Shown here one piece after another: positions 54,434 through 56,554 of a stretch of DNA of 56,554 nucleotides. The notes under the pieces were generated by a model. It searched no databases and was not told the DNA's origin. It saw only the letters and a list, made by a program, of their open reading frames with translations. The DNA comes from Gemmatimonadota bacterium (GTDB lineage: Bacteria > Gemmatimonadota > Gemmatimonadetes > Palauibacterales > Palauibacteraceae). The stretch covers positions 1 through 56,554 of the forward strand of contig JBDHAC010000020.1 of NCBI GenBank assembly GCA_039588275.1, read 5' to 3'. The stretch's first letter is position 1, and each line of letters begins with the position of its first letter. A program made the position numbers and the translations under genes.

Positions 54434-55420
54434 TTGCTGCAGCGCACTTCCGTCAGCCTGGAGGATGTCCGCCGTCCCGTCCGGGAACGGCTCGGAGATG
54501 TGGAGAGGGAGCTTCTCTCCATGGTCCCGGCCGGTTTCGAAGAGCTGGACGAGGTGGGCGAATACCTCTTCGCGCGCCCCGGGAAGCTCTTCCGACCCAC
54601 GCTCCTGCTCCTGTCCAACGGGGTTGGTGGGCGACCTGCGCGACACGCCGTGAAGCTCGCGGCGATCGTCGAGTTGCTGCACGTTGCCACTCTCGTTCAC
54701 GATGACGCGGTAGATCACTCGGCCCGACGTCGAGGCATGCCCACGGTGAACGAGCGCTGGACGCACCAGGTGTCCATCATCCTCGGCGATTATCTCTATT
54801 CGCGGGCTGTCATCGAGATCACGGCCCTCGGTGATCTGGAGCCGATCGCGATCCTGGCCGGCACGGCGAACCGGATGACGATCGGTGAGATGCGACAGCT
54901 GGTCTCGCACGACCACCTCCAGTTCTCCCGAGAGGACTACGACCTGCTGTGCGAGTGCAAGACCGCGTCGTTGCTGTCGGCCGCGTGCGAGCTTGGCGCC
55001 CTCGCGGGCGAGGTCGGCGCGCGCGACGCTCTCCACGAATATGGGTATCATCTGGGGATGGCCTTCCAGATTACGGATGACCTGCTAGACTATACGTCCC
55101 CGGAAGCCGTGACGGGGAAACCGGGCGGGCAGGACCTGAGGGAGCACAAGGTCACTCTTCCTCTGATCGCCGCGCTGCCCCGTATGAGTGCACAGGAGCG
55201 GGGACGGGTCGAGCGGTTGTTCGAGAATCCTGAGCCAGGCTCGGAGATCGTCTCGGACGTGATAGAGATCGTTGACCGGTGCGGCGGGCTCGATAGCGCC
55301 CGCGAGAACGCACGGAAGGCCGCAGCGCGCGCTCGCGAACAGCTGGCTGGCTTGCCCGACAACGATTGTCTGGCGGCCCTACGATCGGCCGTGGACTACG
55401 TGGTGGACAGGGAACGATGA
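54434..55420 (+). CDS. Polyprenyl diphosphate synthase (IspB/HepT-like); start uncertain (TTG 54362 or 54434)
   Basis: GKLFRP, ELLHVATLVHDDAVD..RRG (FARM), GDYL, KTASL, FQITDDLLD (SARM), GK..GQDLRE.K.TLP. Confidence 0.93.
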   Translation: MLQRTSVSLEDVRRPVRERLGDVERELLSMVPAGFEELDEVGEYLFARPGKLFRPTLLLLSNGVGGRPARHAVKLAAIVELLHVATLVHDDAVDHSARRRGMPTVNERWTHQVSIILGDYLYSRAVIEITALGDLEPIAILAGTANRMTIGEMRQLVSHDHLQFSREDYDLLCECKTASLLSAACELGALAGEVGARDALHEYGYHLGMAFQITDDLLDYTSPEAVTGKPGGQDLREHKVTLPLIAALPRMSAQERGRVERLFENPEPGSEIVSDVIEIVDRCGGLDSARENARKAAARAREQLAGLPDNDCLAALRSAVDYVVDRER

Positions 55421-55704
55421 TGGCGGATCTGGGAAGGAGACCTGAGCGATCGCCACGCAGGATCGCGATGGTCATAGCTGGCGGATTCATCCTCGGAGCG
55501 CTACTCACTGAGCTGATGGCGCTGGCCTTACCTCCAAGCGCCGCCCGCCAGTTCTTCATCACCACCGTCGCCGCCTCGCTTGGGCCGCTGACGGTGGATC
55601 TTCACGTGGTGGCGATTACACTTGGACCGCTCATCCTGCGGGCGAACATCCTCAGCGTCGTCGGTATATTACTGGTAGCCTGGTTCGCGCGGTCATTGCT
55701 GTAA
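55417..55704 (+). CDS. Small membrane protein, DUF4321-like
   Basis: ATGA overlap; TM helices; 'LGPLTVDL.V..ITLGP...NILSVVG' pattern. Confidence 0.7.
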   Translation: MMADLGRRPERSPRRIAMVIAGGFILGALLTELMALALPPSAARQFFITTVAASLGPLTVDLHVVAITLGPLILRANILSVVGILLVAWFARSLL

Positions 55705-55768
55705 CGTCGAGCCGCTTTCGCGACACTGCGAGCGGTGCGCGACGTTCTCTAGGCGGAGGATTCACCGA

Positions 55769-56002
55769 ATGTTTGGATTGAGTGCCTGGGAGCTTCTCAT
55801 AGTGTTCCTCGCGATCCTGCTTCTCTTCGGGGCGAAACGGTTACCTGAGATCGGCAGCTCGCTGGGGAAGGGGATCCGCGAGTTCAAGGGCTCGATCAAG
55901 GAGATCGAGAACGATGTGCGCGATGAGATTGAGAGCCCGAAGAACGAGAACGAAACGCCGTCCACCTCACGCGATCCCGCGTCGGTAGGGAACTCGGACT
56001 GA
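55769..56002 (+). CDS. tatA: Twin-arginine translocase TatA
   Basis: ELLIV..ILLLFGAKRLPEIGSSLGKGIREFK; GGAGG RBS. Confidence 0.96.
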   Translation: MFGLSAWELLIVFLAILLLFGAKRLPEIGSSLGKGIREFKGSIKEIENDVRDEIESPKNENETPSTSRDPASVGNSD

Positions 56003-56009
56003 CAGGTTA

Positions 56010-56043
56010 CCGAAGTCTCCCGCCGCCGGGTGGGAGACTCCGG
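56010..56043. terminator. Hairpin between convergent tatA and ppiD-like genes
   Basis: agtctcccgcc-gccg-ggtgggagact stem-loop (56014-39), extended by ccg/cgg. Confidence 0.55.
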
Positions 56044-56553
56044 CTAGGAAGTCGTGGTCGTCAGACGATCGCGCAAATCTCTGACTTCCGTTGTGGCCTC
56101 CAGGGCGGCGAGCCACCGCTGCACGTACTCCCGCCGGCGCTCGAAAGTGAGCTGCTGTAGAATCCCCTCGCGCGCACTTTCGAACTCCCCCCTATCTGCC
56201 TCGACCCGCTCCGTGACTTGAAGAACCGCGATGGCGGTTCCTGCATCGACCGCTCCGCTCATCGCGCCGAGGGGCAGACCGAAAGCCTCCCCCACGGCCT
56301 CCGTGCCCTGTCCCAATCCGGGAACGAACTCTCCCCGCTTGAACGGTCCCGCTTCCTGGATCTCGGAGCCCAGTCGCTCGGCCAGCGTTTCCAGATTGGC
56401 ACCGGCCGCCAGCTCCTCGATCGCCCCTTGGACGATTCGCTGCGCTGCCGCCTCCCTGCGCTCGATGACCAGTCGTTCGCGGATCGTAAGCTCGACGTCT
56501 TGCAGCGGTATGCTTCCCGCTTCCTGTCGCCCGAGGAGCTCGAAGAGGTGAAA
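56044..56553 (-). CDS. PpiD/SurA-like periplasmic chaperone, C-terminal fragment (5' end outside window)
   Basis: Open frame to the window edge: FHLFEL...IPLQDVE..IRERL...GPFKRGEFVPGLG....VGEAFGL...Y..WL..LEA..EVRDLR. Confidence 0.75.
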   Translation of the reverse strand, partial: FHLFELLGRQEAGSIPLQDVELTIRERLVIERREAAAQRIVQGAIEELAAGANLETLAERLGSEIQEAGPFKRGEFVPGLGQGTEAVGEAFGLPLGAMSGAVDAGTAIAVLQVTERVEADRGEFESAREGILQQLTFERRREYVQRWLAALEATTEVRDLRDRLTTTTS

Positions 56554-56554
56554 G

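Overview
High-GC bacterial core-genome window, probably Gemmatimonadota/FCB group (inferred from the RpoA 'HEHQT' signature, the insertion-rich SecA and gene order). Almost all genes are on the + strand. 1-16.6 kb: tuf 3' end, the complete S10-spc-alpha ribosomal protein cluster (with secY, adk, map, infA, rpoA), an orphan membrane protein and rpmB. 16.7-26.4 kb: a tightly coupled run of nucleotide-sugar genes (Rmd/GMD-like SDR, ugd, UDP-GlcA decarboxylase, GT2), a TPR lipoprotein, bamD, nadD and secA. 26.4-29.3 kb: a small accessory patch with a long inverted repeat, a 7-repeat HAF lipoprotein, att/dif-like remnants and a minus-strand exported protein. 29.3-56.5 kb: radC, rel, uvrB, tsaE, tsaB, rimI, ssb, a LysM protein, an SDR epimerase, tolQRAB-pal-cpoB, nrdR, tatC, an LptD-like protein, a 316-bp MITE, two tandem SgmX-like TPR paralogues, a polyprenyl synthetase, a DUF4321-like protein, tatA and a partial PpiD-like gene. 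I found no rRNA, tRNA or CRISPR. Best leads: (1) a five-cysteine CxxCxxC-containing insert in SecA; (2) seven tandem Bacteroidota-type O-glycosylation sequons in the LptD-like protein, alongside sugar genes coupled to bamD/secA; (3) the SgmX-like pair; (4) the MITE. All functional calls come from reading the sequence; no database searches were run.
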